A stretch of 64,000 nt of DNA from assembly GCA_036785375.1 (NCBI GenBank), contig JAWMAR010000391.1:1550001-1614000 (forward strand), written 5' to 3'. Positions 51,901 through 64,000 of this stretch are shown piece by piece. The notes below the pieces were generated by a model. That model was not told the DNA's origin and did no database searches. It saw only the letters and a list, made by a program, of their open reading frames with translations. This DNA comes from Leucoraja ocellata (taxonomy: Eukaryota). The position numbers were made by a program, and so were the translations under genes. Each line of letters starts with the position of its first letter. The stretch's first letter is position 1.

Positions 51901-53176
51901 TTTGACTCGTGTTCCTTTGTGCACTGACATATCTTTGAGGAGCAGGTAAGCCTGCAGGGGCAGGAGGAGAAGGGTTGCAGGAGTAGAGGATAAATTATTG
52001 GCGGAGATACAGTTGTAGGGCAAATGGGAACTTGGAAGATTAATTAGAATTGGGAGGAATGGGGAGTGTTTGCCAAAGGAGAGGGAGCAATTAAATAATG
52101 CAGAGTGTTTATCAGCCATGTGCCATGATTTTCATGGCAAACTGAAACAATGTGATTAAAATATGGTTGTTCAAAGTCTGTCCAACAGCAACTCATTTAG
52201 ACCAATATGACATAATTTCCTGAGAAATGACCAGGGAATTACATTGTTCTATTTGTGTCTCATACAGAAATTGTGTAATTGGTGCAAATATATTCACGAG
52301 TGGATGTGTGCAAACAAATTTCCTGAGTCATGCTATTTAACCAAGAAATAGTCAGAATAGCATCCACATTCTTCTTCAGGAGTAACTGCTTCACCTTCAC
52401 ATAGCATGGAGGTAAAACAGAACCATACACAGGATTTTCTTGTCCAGAATGTTTTTCTTATCCTCAATGAATTGGTGGTTTAATAAATATGCATTCATTA
52501 ATATTTATTCATCAATCATAATTTGTATTGCAGTTGTTCAGTAATGTTCAAATATACAGATCTTTCACTGTTTGTGACGTTAATTAAATAACATAAACTG
52601 CACTGGTTATAGAGACCTGCACTAAAAATTGCTGTGGGCAAAATAAATAGAAGACTGAATAAACTGCCTCCAGAAGGTCACACCATAACAATTGGTATAA
52701 TTGGAAGATCTTTGTCTATTATGTTGCTGCAGCATCCAGTCTTTAAAGATATTTTTGCCTTTATTCTCACGCTTCAGATGATTCCAAACCTCTGTTCCCT
52801 CTTTATCTCTCCATTCAACTGTGTTTTTACTCATTCCATTAACCCATTTGGTGCCAATTGCCACCCATTAATAGCAGCATGCTGAGCTCTAGCTGTCCTG
52901 CAATATCTCTCCAGTGTTGGGACATCCCTGATCAACCTGCACACTCAGTCCAGATTCCAGTTACCCCACTTTTCCTCACCACCATGCCCATGCTCTCCAA
53001 CTCCCACCTTCCAAGATGCCAGAAATGTCCCAATTCCCCTGAGAGGTCTCATTAAATTATGGAAATGGGTGCTGTGTAGAACTAGCACAGAAGGGGAGAT
53101 GTGGCTTGGGGAAGGTGAATAATGACAGTACTGAATGGAAGAGGAGGGTTGAAGGTCCGGGTGACTCAGATGCTGC

Positions 53177-53490
53177 TGTTTAGTTTTGCTTAATTAAAAG
53201 ATACAGCATGGAAACAGGCCCATCAGTCCACCGAGTCTATGCCGACCACTGATCACCCATACACCAGTTCTATGTTATCCCACCTTCTATTCCCTACACA
53301 CTAGGGCAATTTACAGAAGCCAATTCACCTACAAACCTGCACGAAAATGGGATGTGGGAGAAAACCGGAGCACTCAGAGAAAACCCACACGGTCACAAGG
53401 AGAACATACAAACTCCACAGAGACAGCATCCGTGGTCAAGATTGAACCCTGGCCTCTTGTGCTGTAAGGCCGCAGCTCTGTGCCACCCCT
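53177..53490 (-). mobile_element. V-SINE, near full length
   Basis: agatacagcatggaaacaggccc...gggatgtgggagaaaaccggagc...gtcaagattgaaccc. Confidence 0.8.
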
Positions 53491-53984
53491 TGTTCTGGCA
53501 TGTATAATAAGGCAATGGACAATGTCATGCTACTGGGGGATTGTGTGCTCTGAGTTTTAAAGTGGTGCAATTTGGGGCAGTCTGAGTACTGAATTAGTTG
53601 CCTGTGGATCTGAGGCTACAACTAACCATGAGGTGTGAGGACTAAGGCAGTGGCAGTTCACACAACCATGTGCAACCCTTCCCGCAAAGGTTATTGTTTA
53701 ATACCTGAGCCTACGTTGCAGTTTCATCTGATGCCAGTTAACAAAACATTCTTTCCTTCAAATCTGCTCCTTTTTCCCAGGGGCTGGTGATGTGTGCGCA
53801 GTATGGAATCTCCAACCTGTCTGTCCAGCATGGATTCAGGAAAAACATGTCACTTGCTCAGAAATATGGGATAGAGCATTGAGGATTTAGTTATTTTAAA
53901 GATGTTGATATCACATTGCCACTGGATATATGGAATTAAAGTCAGCCCCTTGGCCTTGTCAGACAGCAAGAGAGAGAAATCATT

Positions 53985-54122
53985 GATTAATAAGGGTGTC
54001 AAAGGTTATGGGGAGAAGGCAGGAGAATGGAGTTTAGTGGGAAAAACAGATCGGCCACGATCGTATGGCGGAGTAGACACGATGGGCCGAATGGCCTAAT
54101 TCTGTTCCTATGTCATGGTCTA
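53985..54122 (+). mobile_element. CR1 3' tail
   Basis: gggtgtcaaaggttatggggagaaggcagga...gggccgaatggcctaattctg. Confidence 0.8.
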
Positions 54123-54763
54123 AATAGCAAAGGAAGTCAGAGAATAGAACACCGGGATACTTAACGCCTCTAGGCAGCCACCAGAGAGGCGGACATTTAT
54201 TTTATGAGTGAGTAGGGAAGAACCAACATAGCATCTACAATAACTCAAAATTCCTGGCTATATATAAACTGGGACATAAATTCACCTTGAAGAATACTGC
54301 AGAAATGATTGAATAATAAATGGAATAGTATAGCTTTATGTTGAGGATTTCAGACACAAAATGCTATTTTATAATATTCTTAGCATTTATACCAGTATTT
54401 TTTTAATCTGTCAATTTGGAGACCAGGTCTCCATCATCAAGTAAATCTTTTCAATAACTGTGCTGTGAAATCTACAGGTCTCCATCCACTACATTGGCAC
54501 TGAAATTATGCAGGAATAAAGAAGACAAATGTCTCCTCAGGTATAAAAGAGCAATTCATAATTGGGAACAGAAAGATCCAATTAGCCGATCATTCAATTT
54601 GATATTATTAAGGTCATTGAATAAATGCTGCACATTATACCCCGAAAGAATGCCATAAAATACTTTCATTTCATTGATGTGATGCCTCCATTCACCTCAA
54701 ATTGTAGATGATAATGTGGGTGTGCTTCAGTATTTAGACAAGATGATCATTTATATTAATTAC

Positions 54764-54849
54764 CTTCAAGAGCGTACTTCATGTCCTGGGTAAATAGCTG
54801 CCACATAACCTCGGCACTTAGTTTTCCCATGTGAAGTTCTTGGGGGAAT
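54764..54849 (-). CDS. UNC13C: UNC13C-like (Munc13-3) coding exon, first in window (86 nt)
   Basis: tttcAG|A TTC CCC CAA...CTT GAA G|GTAATT; translates [28 protein letters not shown], matching the Munc13 FPQELNxGKxSAExMWxLFxxDMKYALE segment. Confidence 0.93.
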
Positions 54850-54939
54850 CTGAAATTCAGGTAAGTCAAATAAACATTTAACTTAAATAGGAAACATACT
54901 TTTAAAATAATAGATTAAATATAAAATCAACTTAGCATG

Positions 54940-55580
54940 AAGGGATACTGTTGAACAGAGACCTGAGAGTCCAAATCCATGATTCCTTGAAAGTGACAAC
55001 ACAGGACGGTGAAAAATGCATATGGCCTTTATAGATTAGGAGTTAGTATATAGAAGTTATATTGCAACTTTACAAAACACTGATTAGACCATGTGGAGTA
55101 TTACAAACAGTTCTGCTCACCACATTATAGGAAGGATGCAATTGCACTGCAGTGAATGCAGACGAGATTCACCAGGATATTGCTTGGATTGGACGATGTT
55201 AGTTATAGGTTTGTTTTCCCTGTTGCAAAGGATGCTGAGGGGTGACCTGACAGAAGTATACACGATGAGAAGCATAGATAGTCAAATCGTTTTCTCATGT
55301 TAGGGAGTGGGGGGGTCAAAAACAAAAAAGCATAAGTTTAAAATGAGAGGAAGGAGATAAAAGGGGATCAGAGGGGTATTTTTTTAAACACGCAGAGTAT
55401 CTGATCAGCAAAACACAGCCAGAGGAAAAATATTATCATGTATAATCATTTGAAAGGCCTTTAGCATACATTTGAATTGGCAAGGCATGGAGGGATATGG
55501 TCCTAATCTGGGATTATGGGAGTAACGGTCAACATGTACGTGGTCCATTTCTGTTCTGTACAACTCCATGACTCTGTGAT
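54940..55580 (+). mobile_element. Degraded CR1 RT C-terminus plus tail, directly upstream (in transcript) of the first exon
   Basis: EQRPESPNP (RDLGV region), LQLYKTLIRP and LRGDLTEVY motifs. Confidence 0.75.
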
Positions 55581-56011
55581 CTGTTCACATTTTGTAAGGG
55601 AAAATAATTATGAATTTCATAGTTGATTTGTCCTCAGGTGTTTCTGCTTGTTTTATCCAGCAGTATCAATATTTATTTACAATTCCTAGTAATAGAAATG
55701 TGTTTATTGTAGTACAAGCTAACTTCATTCATAACCAAAACCAAGAAAGCTATAATTGAAATCTAAAACATTAAAGGCCACACGCTCACCACTGGCCCAT
55801 GCCGTTCATTTCATGGACGTTCTCAATGCTCCTTCCACTTCCTAACCTATCCACTTTAGGTTCATTCGCATGTAAGGGCTGCTTACTTTGACATGCACAA
55901 GTTTATAAACACGATGCACTGGGTTGTATAAAGTTGACTGATGTGTCTTTCAGATAAAATGTGAACAATTATGCAATATAACCTCGCTAAGAAACATTGT
56001 ACAATTACAAT

Positions 56012-56187
56012 AGCACAACACATATGTGAGATGGAACTACAGATGCTGATTGAAGATAGACACAAAATGCTGGAGTAACTCAGCAGGTCAGGCAGCATCT
56101 CTGGAGAAAAGGAAGAGGTGATGTTTTGGGTTGTGACCCTTCATCCGACTAAGAGTCAGGGAGGGGGACATCACAAGCACAACACAT
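56012..56187 (-). mobile_element. Penelope terminus fragment with 12-bp TSD
   Basis: TSD agcacaacacat at 56012-56023 and 56176-56187; agacacaaaatgctggagtaactcagc core. Confidence 0.8.
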
Positions 56188-57574
56188 CTGGGGGACAGTG
56201 GCTGTGGCATAGATCATTTAAAAAAGTCATTATAAAATGACAGCAACTTTTGGCTTCAGGTTCAAAGCATTTACTGTAAACAAAATACTTACAACTAATT
56301 ATTCATATTAATAGAATATTGCTTAATGCAGTACAAATAAACTTCATTCACAATTTGGAAGTGCAAACAACAACTGCTAAAACTGTGATTTATGTTTCAC
56401 AGGACAAGACAATGTAGAAATGAGCCGAAGGTAAAGTGGCATCAGTAGGCTGTCATGTCCCTGAGCCTTGTCCAACTGTCCTTCAGCAACCACGTTCTCT
56501 ATCTCTTCCAATTTTCCATGCAATTCTCAAACTCTTTGATTCTCCTCGTGTCTCTCAACCTCAGTTGATAATGATCTTGAATATAATTCGCAACCGAGTT
56601 TCCACTGTCTTCTGGAGCAGACAATTTTAAAGATTTAAAAACAATGGGTAAATAAATTTATAGACAATACACAATAGGTGCAGGAGTAGACTATTCGGCC
56701 CTTCGAGAGAGACTGGTTCAAACTGTTCCAGAAGGTTGCAGGAAAGTAATTTCATGCTGACATGTCCAATCTTTAATAGAAAGTACTGTGTTCAACTTTA
56801 AAAGCAAATCGTATTTGAGAAATCAGAATAAATATTAGCTGTTAGTGGAGGACACCAGAGACTGCATCCTCCCCGCCATGAAGTTTTGATTTGTACGGCT
56901 TGTCATATACCTTGGCAGCCAGACTGCTGAAGCAGGGATGTAACAGTCCCAGGCCACTCATTTGCCTTGCTCATCATCTGAAATATTGCAAGGTTGGATT
57001 GGCTTCTGAGCAAGGCTAGGCTCCCAGATACCTCAGCCACATGGATCTGCAGCCCACTAACATTTTGATTGATTGATCCGGTTCAATTCATAATGGGACC
57101 TACTGGGGATATATCTACTACAGAAAGCTGAGACCCTTTCTGAACTGCTACAGGTAAACTTACAAAACAGACCCACAGAATGTCTAACGTTTGCCAGCGC
57201 TAGTGTGTTACCTGGGTATGACAGGAAGGGAAGTGTGTGTGTGTGTGTGTGGAGTGGGTTGGTTCCCTCAGTCCCCAGCCTCCAATATCTGGACATAAAT
57301 TATCTAGGCTTAAGCAGCTGGATAACTGCAGCCACATTAATGAGTCTGTTAGCATGCAGATTGGATCGCAGCTGGAAATGTGCAGGGTGATCATATCATG
57401 GTGTTGTTCAGCATGCAATGCAGATGTAACATCAACATTGCCAATTTGGTTTGCTATGCTCTGGCAAGCATAACCTCTCTCAATGTCACTGTGAGGGGCA
57501 GGACACATGTTCTGCAAGAGGAAGGACTCCAACTCTCCAGCAATAATGTGAAAAGATTCATAAACTATTTACAG

Positions 57575-58520
57575 AACGTAATGATTAAGGATAGGGGACA
57601 AAACATCTTCCATGATAATTATCATTGCTGGTGCCCCGCAAGGCTGTGTTCTGAGCCATCTACTAAAATCCCTAAACACACATGACTGTCAGCCAAATTC
57701 TATTCCAAACTCCACTTACAAATTTGCAGATGACACCACAGAAGTGGGCCGGATCTCAAACAATGACAAGACGCAATACAGGAAGACTTGGATCTTGAGA
57801 GCTTGGTTACAAAGTGTCAAGACAACTTCCTATCCCTCAATATCAGCAAGACAAAGGGGCTGGTCAGTGGCTTCAGGAGGGTTGGAGCACATGCGTCAGG
57901 CAACATCAAAGGTGCTGAAGTAGAGATGGCCGAGACCTTCAAGTTCCTAGTATCCTCTGAAGACTGATGAAATTTAATATATGTTCAATGATTTTTACCA
58001 ACTTCTTTAGATACACCACAGAACGCATCTTATCAGGATGCAACACAACTTGTTTTGCAACTGCTTTGCCGAAGACCATGAGAAATTGCAGACAGTTACG
58101 GATGCAGCCCAGCCCATCACAAGACCAGACGCCTTCACCTCCCCCACCCTCCCCACTCCCGATCAACTCATTTGACAGATGATGCAGGAAAGCACCCAAC
58201 ATAATCAAGGACCACTTACCCCACGGTCACTCCCTCTTCTCTCCCGTTGGCCAGGAACAGCTTTTTTTCCCTGATGTTATCAGACCACTGAATGGACCTC
58301 TCATGAATTCACCAAACGTTGACCAGATCTCTAGATTGGGAGCTTTAGTATTTTTTTTGGATCTAATTTTTCTCAGTAGCAGTAACACTATATTCTGCAC
58401 TCTGTTTCCTTTCTGCTCTACCTGTTGTATTTTTGTCTGATTAGTTTATAATCACGTATGGTAACATTTTCCGTGATAGCACACTTTTTCACTGAATCTC
58501 AGGACTTTTGAGAATAATAC
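57575..58520 (+). mobile_element. Degraded Rex1/Babar LINE RT plus 3' end
   Basis: AGAPQGCVLSHLL...THDC...YKFADDTTEVGRISNND (ORF 57612..57923); FFRYTTERILSGCNTTCF (ORF 57967..58182). Confidence 0.85.
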
Positions 58521-59529
58521 ATTTGGTAATTGCATTGAATCCATAATCTTCTGCCAGTTTCACATATTTCACGTTACATGGGTTGTGAGGCAAGTGCTGA
58601 AGGACCTTTTGTTAACTTAGAGGCTTCTGCACAAATAGCTGCAAGGCATGGGTTTATTGAGCATGGAAGCATGACCAAGAGATTGAGAAGCTAGTGGAAG
58701 AGAGAGAGAGACATTTTCTGCCCTGGGTGGTTTGGAGAACAACAGTTTCAGTAGAATTTCAGCAAGGAAACAAGCAAGACTACTACAGTTCAGGAAGATA
58801 AATCAGTCAATTGCGACTCATGCAGGGTCTCAATGTAAAACATCAAGTATTCCTTCCCTTCCCCACCCCTCCCACCAAGATGCTGCGCAATCCGCTGGGT
58901 TCCAACAACAGATTGCTTTTTGCTCCAGATTTCAGCATCCTGCATTCCTGCATCATCTCTTGTGTCAACAAAGCCAATCAAATGCGTCATGAAGGGCCAG
59001 GAGGAAATACTCCCCACAGCTAGTTTATGACCATTGGGAGCAAACTCGGGCAGGTAAATGCCCGGTAGTCTGGCAGCCATCAAGGCATCCTGAATCTTCA
59101 GCTGTTTGTTGTGCCAAGAGCATTTGATACCCGTGTGGAAAACCACAGAGGGAATCATAGGAAGCTGTGTTATCCACAGCTGACCCTGCTGATTATTCCA
59201 GTGTGAAACCAACTCATGAATGAGCAGCGGGGAACTGTAAACTTTACCGCCGTAGACAATGGAACAAATCAACCCTTTATTTCTGTTAGGCTGCGCATGA
59301 GGAATCATCAGTATACAGTACCAGTAACTAAAGACAAATTTCCTTTTGACCACAATTCCCATTGTCACGAAGCACAATGTGTCCAATGCAAAATAAATGA
59401 AGATTTCAAACCAAATGAATAAGCCAAAAATTTGTTGCACAAAACATAATCAAATTTCTTTTTTTAGTAGGCTGTATATATCTGACGCTTCCCTTGACTC
59501 CACCATTATGACTGGATAGATAGTCAGTC

Positions 59530-59830
59530 TTTCTGTGGGCAAGAGAGTCTGGAATTTGAGGGCAGAGTTTAAGGTGCGAGTGGAGAAAGTTAAATGCAAC
59601 CCGAGGGATTAGCCTTTCCACACAGAGTATGGTGGTTTATCTGGAATAAGCTGTCAGAGGAAGTGGAAGGGACAGATACAATTATGTTTAAAAGGCATTT
59701 GAACAGGTATATGGATAGAAAAGGCCTAATTCATGCAAAGGACACAGACCTTATTCATGCAAAGGGTCTCAGCATCTCAGGCACCATGGATGATGTGGGC
59801 TGAATGGGTACATTTCTCTGCTGTACGCTT
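59530..59830 (+). mobile_element. CR1 3' end, degraded
   Basis: HRVWWFIWNKLSEEVE...FKRHLNRYMDRKG. Confidence 0.75.
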
Positions 59831-61003
59831 TAAAACATGTTTTCTAGCCAGAACTGTGTGAATTAACTGATGGAAATTCAATGACCATGGGAATTACTCA
59901 TGATGAATAACAGGATCAGAGGATGCAACAGACTAGACATTGGTAAGACTGCTTCTTGTACAGCACTTTACTCATTACAGAATGTTTTAGTTAGCTGTCC
60001 AACAAAATTCACCACTGCAAGATCAGGTAGCAATGGAGTGAACTACAAGCCATTACTGATCACCCACTGTCTTCTAAGGGATTGTCACTTTTAAAATGAC
60101 TTTTCATCAGTATAAACCTGTACGTGAGATGAGTTTGATGAAACTTTGCATTCACCAAGCAGGTTCACCAGTCAGGACGAGGAAGTGCGCAGATCTTACA
60201 CTACACTGGATTCATAGATCCGTGCTATCTCCAAGTGAAACATTTGCTGAATGCTTAGCTTTGTAAAAGTAATCGACTACTTTTGTAATAAGAAGTTATC
60301 AGCTGCTCTTTGCAGTGCAGCAACTATCTGATTAGAGATAAAACAAAAGGCAGGAAATGCCGGGAGTAAAAAGGTCAAAAACTGCCTGCAGAGCGAGAGA
60401 AAAACAGAGTTAACACTTCGGTCTGATAACCTTTCATCTGAAGTGTGAATGTAGTTTCTGCCTCTCCACAGATGGTCCCCGCTGTGATGTGATATTTCCA
60501 GCACTGTCTGTTTTTCTATTTTAGGGTATTTTGCTTTTGATACACGGTGATTTTAGATATAACATGTGTTCTTGAATGCGAGTAGATGAGAATGAGAGCA
60601 GATCAAGTACTGGAATTCCAACTGTTATACGGTGATGTGTTTAGGCCAGCAGTGGGTCTAGGTGACAGATTCAACTTTCTTTTACGGATCTGCCATTATT
60701 AATTTGTACTTCCAAGCTGGCTGAATCCCTGATGAGGTCCTCGTGGCGGGTGGATCCACATTTTTTTTTGCAGATGCCTACAAACCCACATAATATCCAA
60801 AACATCTGATGCCATGGATTCTGGTTTAATCAGTTCCAAACTTGTCAAAAGTATTCAATGTTGTTGAATGTTATGAGTTTGAGAAATGAATTTGAGAAAA
60901 TAGCATGCTAACTGGTAAAAATCAACCATTTAAAATTGTTTTAAAATGGAAGTGATGAAAATGGGGATGTGGGGTTGGGTGGGGGGGGGGGTGGTTTTAC
61001 CGA

Positions 61004-61243
61004 AACGGTAGACTTGCTGCCTTATAGCGCCAGAGATCTGGGTTCGATCCTGACTCCAGGTTCTGTCAGTACAGGATTGTACCTTCTCCCTGTGACCGTG
61101 TGGGTTTTCCCCAGTGCTCCAGTTCACTCCCACACTCCAAAGACAGACACGTTTGTAGGTTAACTGGCTTTGATAAAAACTTGTCGTGTATGGGGATTGC
61201 TGGTCTGCGCAGACTTTGCATTGTTTCTATAAACTAAACTAAA
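61004..61243 (+). mobile_element. V-SINE with tRNA-derived head
   Basis: B-box ggttcgatcc at 61041-61050; gtgggttttcccc core; (taaac)n tail. Confidence 0.85.
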
Positions 61244-61420
61244 TTAAATAAATATAATTTTCAAATCAATGAATTCAAAAATATAAATTTGTCGCCATTG
61301 TCATCATTTGGACTAAGTGGAGTTCCCTGCTGTGCCTGGCATTAACCATCTGTACAGTGTGGAAGTTTCATCAGGTTCCTTTGACATTCACTGGCATTAT
61401 TCTCCATTGTTCACCAGCAG

Positions 61421-62811
61421 TAGACGGAGGAATGGGGAGTAGGGGATGGAGTCCTTACAGGAAGCAGGGTGGGAAGAAGTGTAGTCTAGATAGCCATGGG
61501 AGACAGTGGGTTTATAGTGGATGTCGGTCAGAAGTCTATCACCTGCGATGGAGATAGTGAGGTCAAGAAATGGTAGGGAAGTGTCGGAAATGGTCCATGT
61601 GTATTTGAGTGCCGAATGGAAGTTAGTGGTGAAATGGATGAAATCAGTGAGTTGTGTGTGGGTGCAGGAGGTGGCACCACTGCAGTCGTCGATGTAGCAG
61701 AGGTAGAGGTCAGGGATGGGGCCCTGGTAGGTCTCGTCGTCTAGACTACACTTCCCACCATGCTTCCTGTAAGGACTCCATCCCCTACTACCAATTCCTC
61801 CGTCTAAGCCGCACCTGCTCCAAGGATGAGGTGTTCCACACCAGGGCACCGGAGATGTCCTCATTCTTCAGGGACGACGGTTCCCCTCCCCTACTATAGA
61901 TGAGGCTCTCGCCAGGGTTTCTTTCATACCCCGTAACACTGCTCTCTCCACCTCATCCCCCCACTTGTAACAAGGGCAGAGTCCCCCTAGTCCTCACCTT
62001 TCACCCCACCAGCCGTCACATACAACAAATAACCCTCCATCATTTTCGTCACCTCCAACGTGACCCCACCACTCGCCGCATCTTCCCATCTCCTCCCCTG
62101 TCTGCTTTCCGCAAAGACCGCTCCCTCCGTAACTCCCTGGTCAATTGGTCCCTTCCCACCCGTAGCACCCCCTCCCCGGGCACTTTCCCTTGCAACCGCA
62201 AGAAATGCTACACTTGTCGTTTTACCTCCCCCCTCGACTCCATTCAAGGACCCAAGCAGTCGTTCCAGGTGCGACAGAGGTTCACCTGCACCTCATCCAA
62301 CCTCATCTATTGCATCTGCTGCTCTAGATGTCAGCTGATCTACATCGGTGAGACCAAGTGTAGGCTTGGCGATGGCTTCGCCGGACACCTCCGCTCGGTC
62401 CGCAATAACCAACCTGATCTCCCGGTGGCTCAGCACTTCAACTCCCCCTCCCTTTCGGAATCCAACCTTTCTGTCGTGGGCCTCCTCAATGGCCAGAGTG
62501 AGGACCACCGGAAATTGGAGGAGCAGCACCCCATATTTCGCTTGCGCAGTTTACACCCCAGCGGCATGAACATTGACCTCCAATTTCAGGTAGCCCTTAC
62601 TGTCTCCTCCCCTTCTCAGCTCTCTCTCAGCCTTATGGCTCCTCCTCTTCCTTTCTTCTTCCCGCGCCCCACCCTATATCAGTCCGAAGAAGGTTTTGGC
62701 CCGAAACGTTGCCTATTTCCTTCGCTCCATAGATGCTGCCTAACCAGCTGAGTTTCTCCAACATTTTTGTCTACCTTCGATTTTCCAGCATCTGCAGTTC
62801 CTTCTTAAACA
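61421..62811 (+). mobile_element. Penelope-like element with inverted 5' part: RT (YIDD) on minus strand 61421-61735; RT thumb, GIY-YIG and terminus on plus strand 61740-62811
   Basis: LYLCYIDDCSG...TDIHYKPTVSHGYLDYTSSHP (minus); PGTFPCNRKKCYTC...NLIYCICCSRCQLIYIGETK...GMNID (plus). Confidence 0.92.
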
Positions 62812-63367
62812 TATCTTATTTTATGTCTTTTTTCAAATTCTGATGAAACCTGCCCAGAGATTTGAGTAATCTCATCTTTTCTCCCACTCCATTTTACTTT
62901 GCTGTGATTGAATTGTTCTCATTTTAAGTCCAAACCTACTGTGGGAGACCTGGCAATGTCAAAGCAACATAAAGTCAACCAATTTAATTCAAAACTTTAC
63001 TGGGTGAAATTCCTTTGTGACAAAGGACACCAAGTGAGATATTAAACAGTTACATTTTTAAGTAAATTTCATTTAAGATTACATAAAAAATTAACTTCTC
63101 CATTTGCCAGTAGACAATTAAAATGTCATGGTCTTTTGTTCTTAATGAAATAGAAATGAGATCTGTTTCAGGATATTGATGAGTGATTAAAAAGAAAAAT
63201 TGATTAAAGGAAAAGCATTTACTCATCTTCTTCAGAAATGTGACTGATTTTATTAGTAAAATAAATTAATCTTCCAGAATTTAATCTCATACTTTTGGTA
63301 AGATAATATTTTGTCTTATGTGTGCTTTCTGAAGTAATCAACATTCAACAATTCCAGTGATCCATCA

Positions 63368-63507
63368 TTCTTCATTTTCTGTGTCAGAAAGAACTGCAGA
63401 TGCTGGTTTAAATCGACGATAGACACAAAATGCTGGAGTAACTCAGCGGGACAGGCAGCATTTCTGGAGAGAAAGTAACGTTTCGTGTCAAGACCGTTCT
63501 TTATTTT
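63368..63507 (-). mobile_element. Penelope terminus fragment with probable 11-bp TSD
   Basis: gaactgcagatgctgg...gtaacgtttcg; TSD ttcttcatttt / ttctttatttt. Confidence 0.7.
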
Positions 63508-64000
63508 AACTTGATAAGAGGGAATCACAAGGAAGTAGCTGGAAGCCAGTGAATCTATTACACCTGTTTGTATTGGCTATATCTATATGGACATAGTTAA
63601 TGAATTTTCCACTCTCCCAGACTCTCAAAGCATCCATATATTTTGAGAAGCAGCATCTGGTTGCTCTACACATATATTAATTCTGCATATGTGCTTTGGT
63701 GGGGGTAATGCCACAGATGGCTGCTGATTCTCTAATCACATCCTCTGAAGCCCAAATCATTTTTTTTTAATGGACAAAATCTGCATGTTGGAAATTGTGC
63801 CTTAATTAAAACTATTCATTTTTTTGGAACCTAAGATGGAGCTGTACTTTGCCAGAAGAATGTTTCAGAAAAGCAGAAATGTTTCCAATTTAAGAGGATT
63901 ATAAACTGAGACTAAGGTCTAAAGCAAGAGCATGGACAAAGAAATGTGTAATTTATTGAAATACTATTTTGTGACCAAGATGTTGGAACGACTAGTGAAC

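Noticed and set aside
55770-55878. Possible cryptic exon ending at a GTGAGC donor upstream of the first exon
   Set aside because: No pyrimidine tract at the candidate acceptor, a stop in the required phase, and no Munc13 similarity.
57200-57532. 110-aa ORF on the gene strand
   Set aside because: No Munc13 similarity, runs into a (TG)n tract, and has no convincing splice sites.
59134-59177. Small hairpin gtggaaaaccacag...ctgtgttatccac
   Set aside because: The stem is only about 13 bp with a mismatch and a bulge; too short for a pre-miRNA and expected by chance.
58790-59440. 216-aa minus-strand ORF
   Set aside because: No recognisable motif; it partly overlaps a decayed Penelope terminus (about 58840-58940) and does not fit the Munc13 sequence.
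60729-60760. CTGATGAG hammerhead box
   Set aside because: No stem II followed by GAAA downstream; likely a chance match.
61004-61060. tRNA-like sequence with a B-box
   Set aside because: It is the head of a V-SINE and continues into the SINE core and tail; there is no complete cloverleaf.

Overview
AT-rich, repeat-laden vertebrate genomic DNA. The repeat families (HE1-like V-SINEs, CR1/HER1-like LINEs, Penelope elements) point to a cartilaginous fish, probably a skate or ray; this is an inference. The window lies inside one large minus-strand gene of the UNC13/Munc13 family, best matching UNC13C (Munc13-3). I traced 11 coding exons by hand (1111 nt, about 370 codons of the MUN/MHD region) that splice into one uninterrupted frame; one junction uses a non-canonical GC donor. 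The gene's start and end lie outside the window. The introns hold CR1, Rex1/Babar, L2-like and Penelope retroelements, SINEs, a PIF/Harbinger-type MITE and a Tigger relic. The most notable signals are: (1) short Penelope-terminus-derived insertions, some palindromic, flanked by 8-14 bp target-site duplications and carrying minimal hammerhead-ribozyme-like cores; (2) a young LINE with an intact RT ORF of invertebrate-like type; (3) a near-perfect 173-bp inverted duplication and a second, older long inverted repeat; (4) a 5'-inverted Penelope copy; (5) speculative microexon and circRNA configurations. All family assignments come from recalled motifs, not database searches, and repeat boundaries are approximate.
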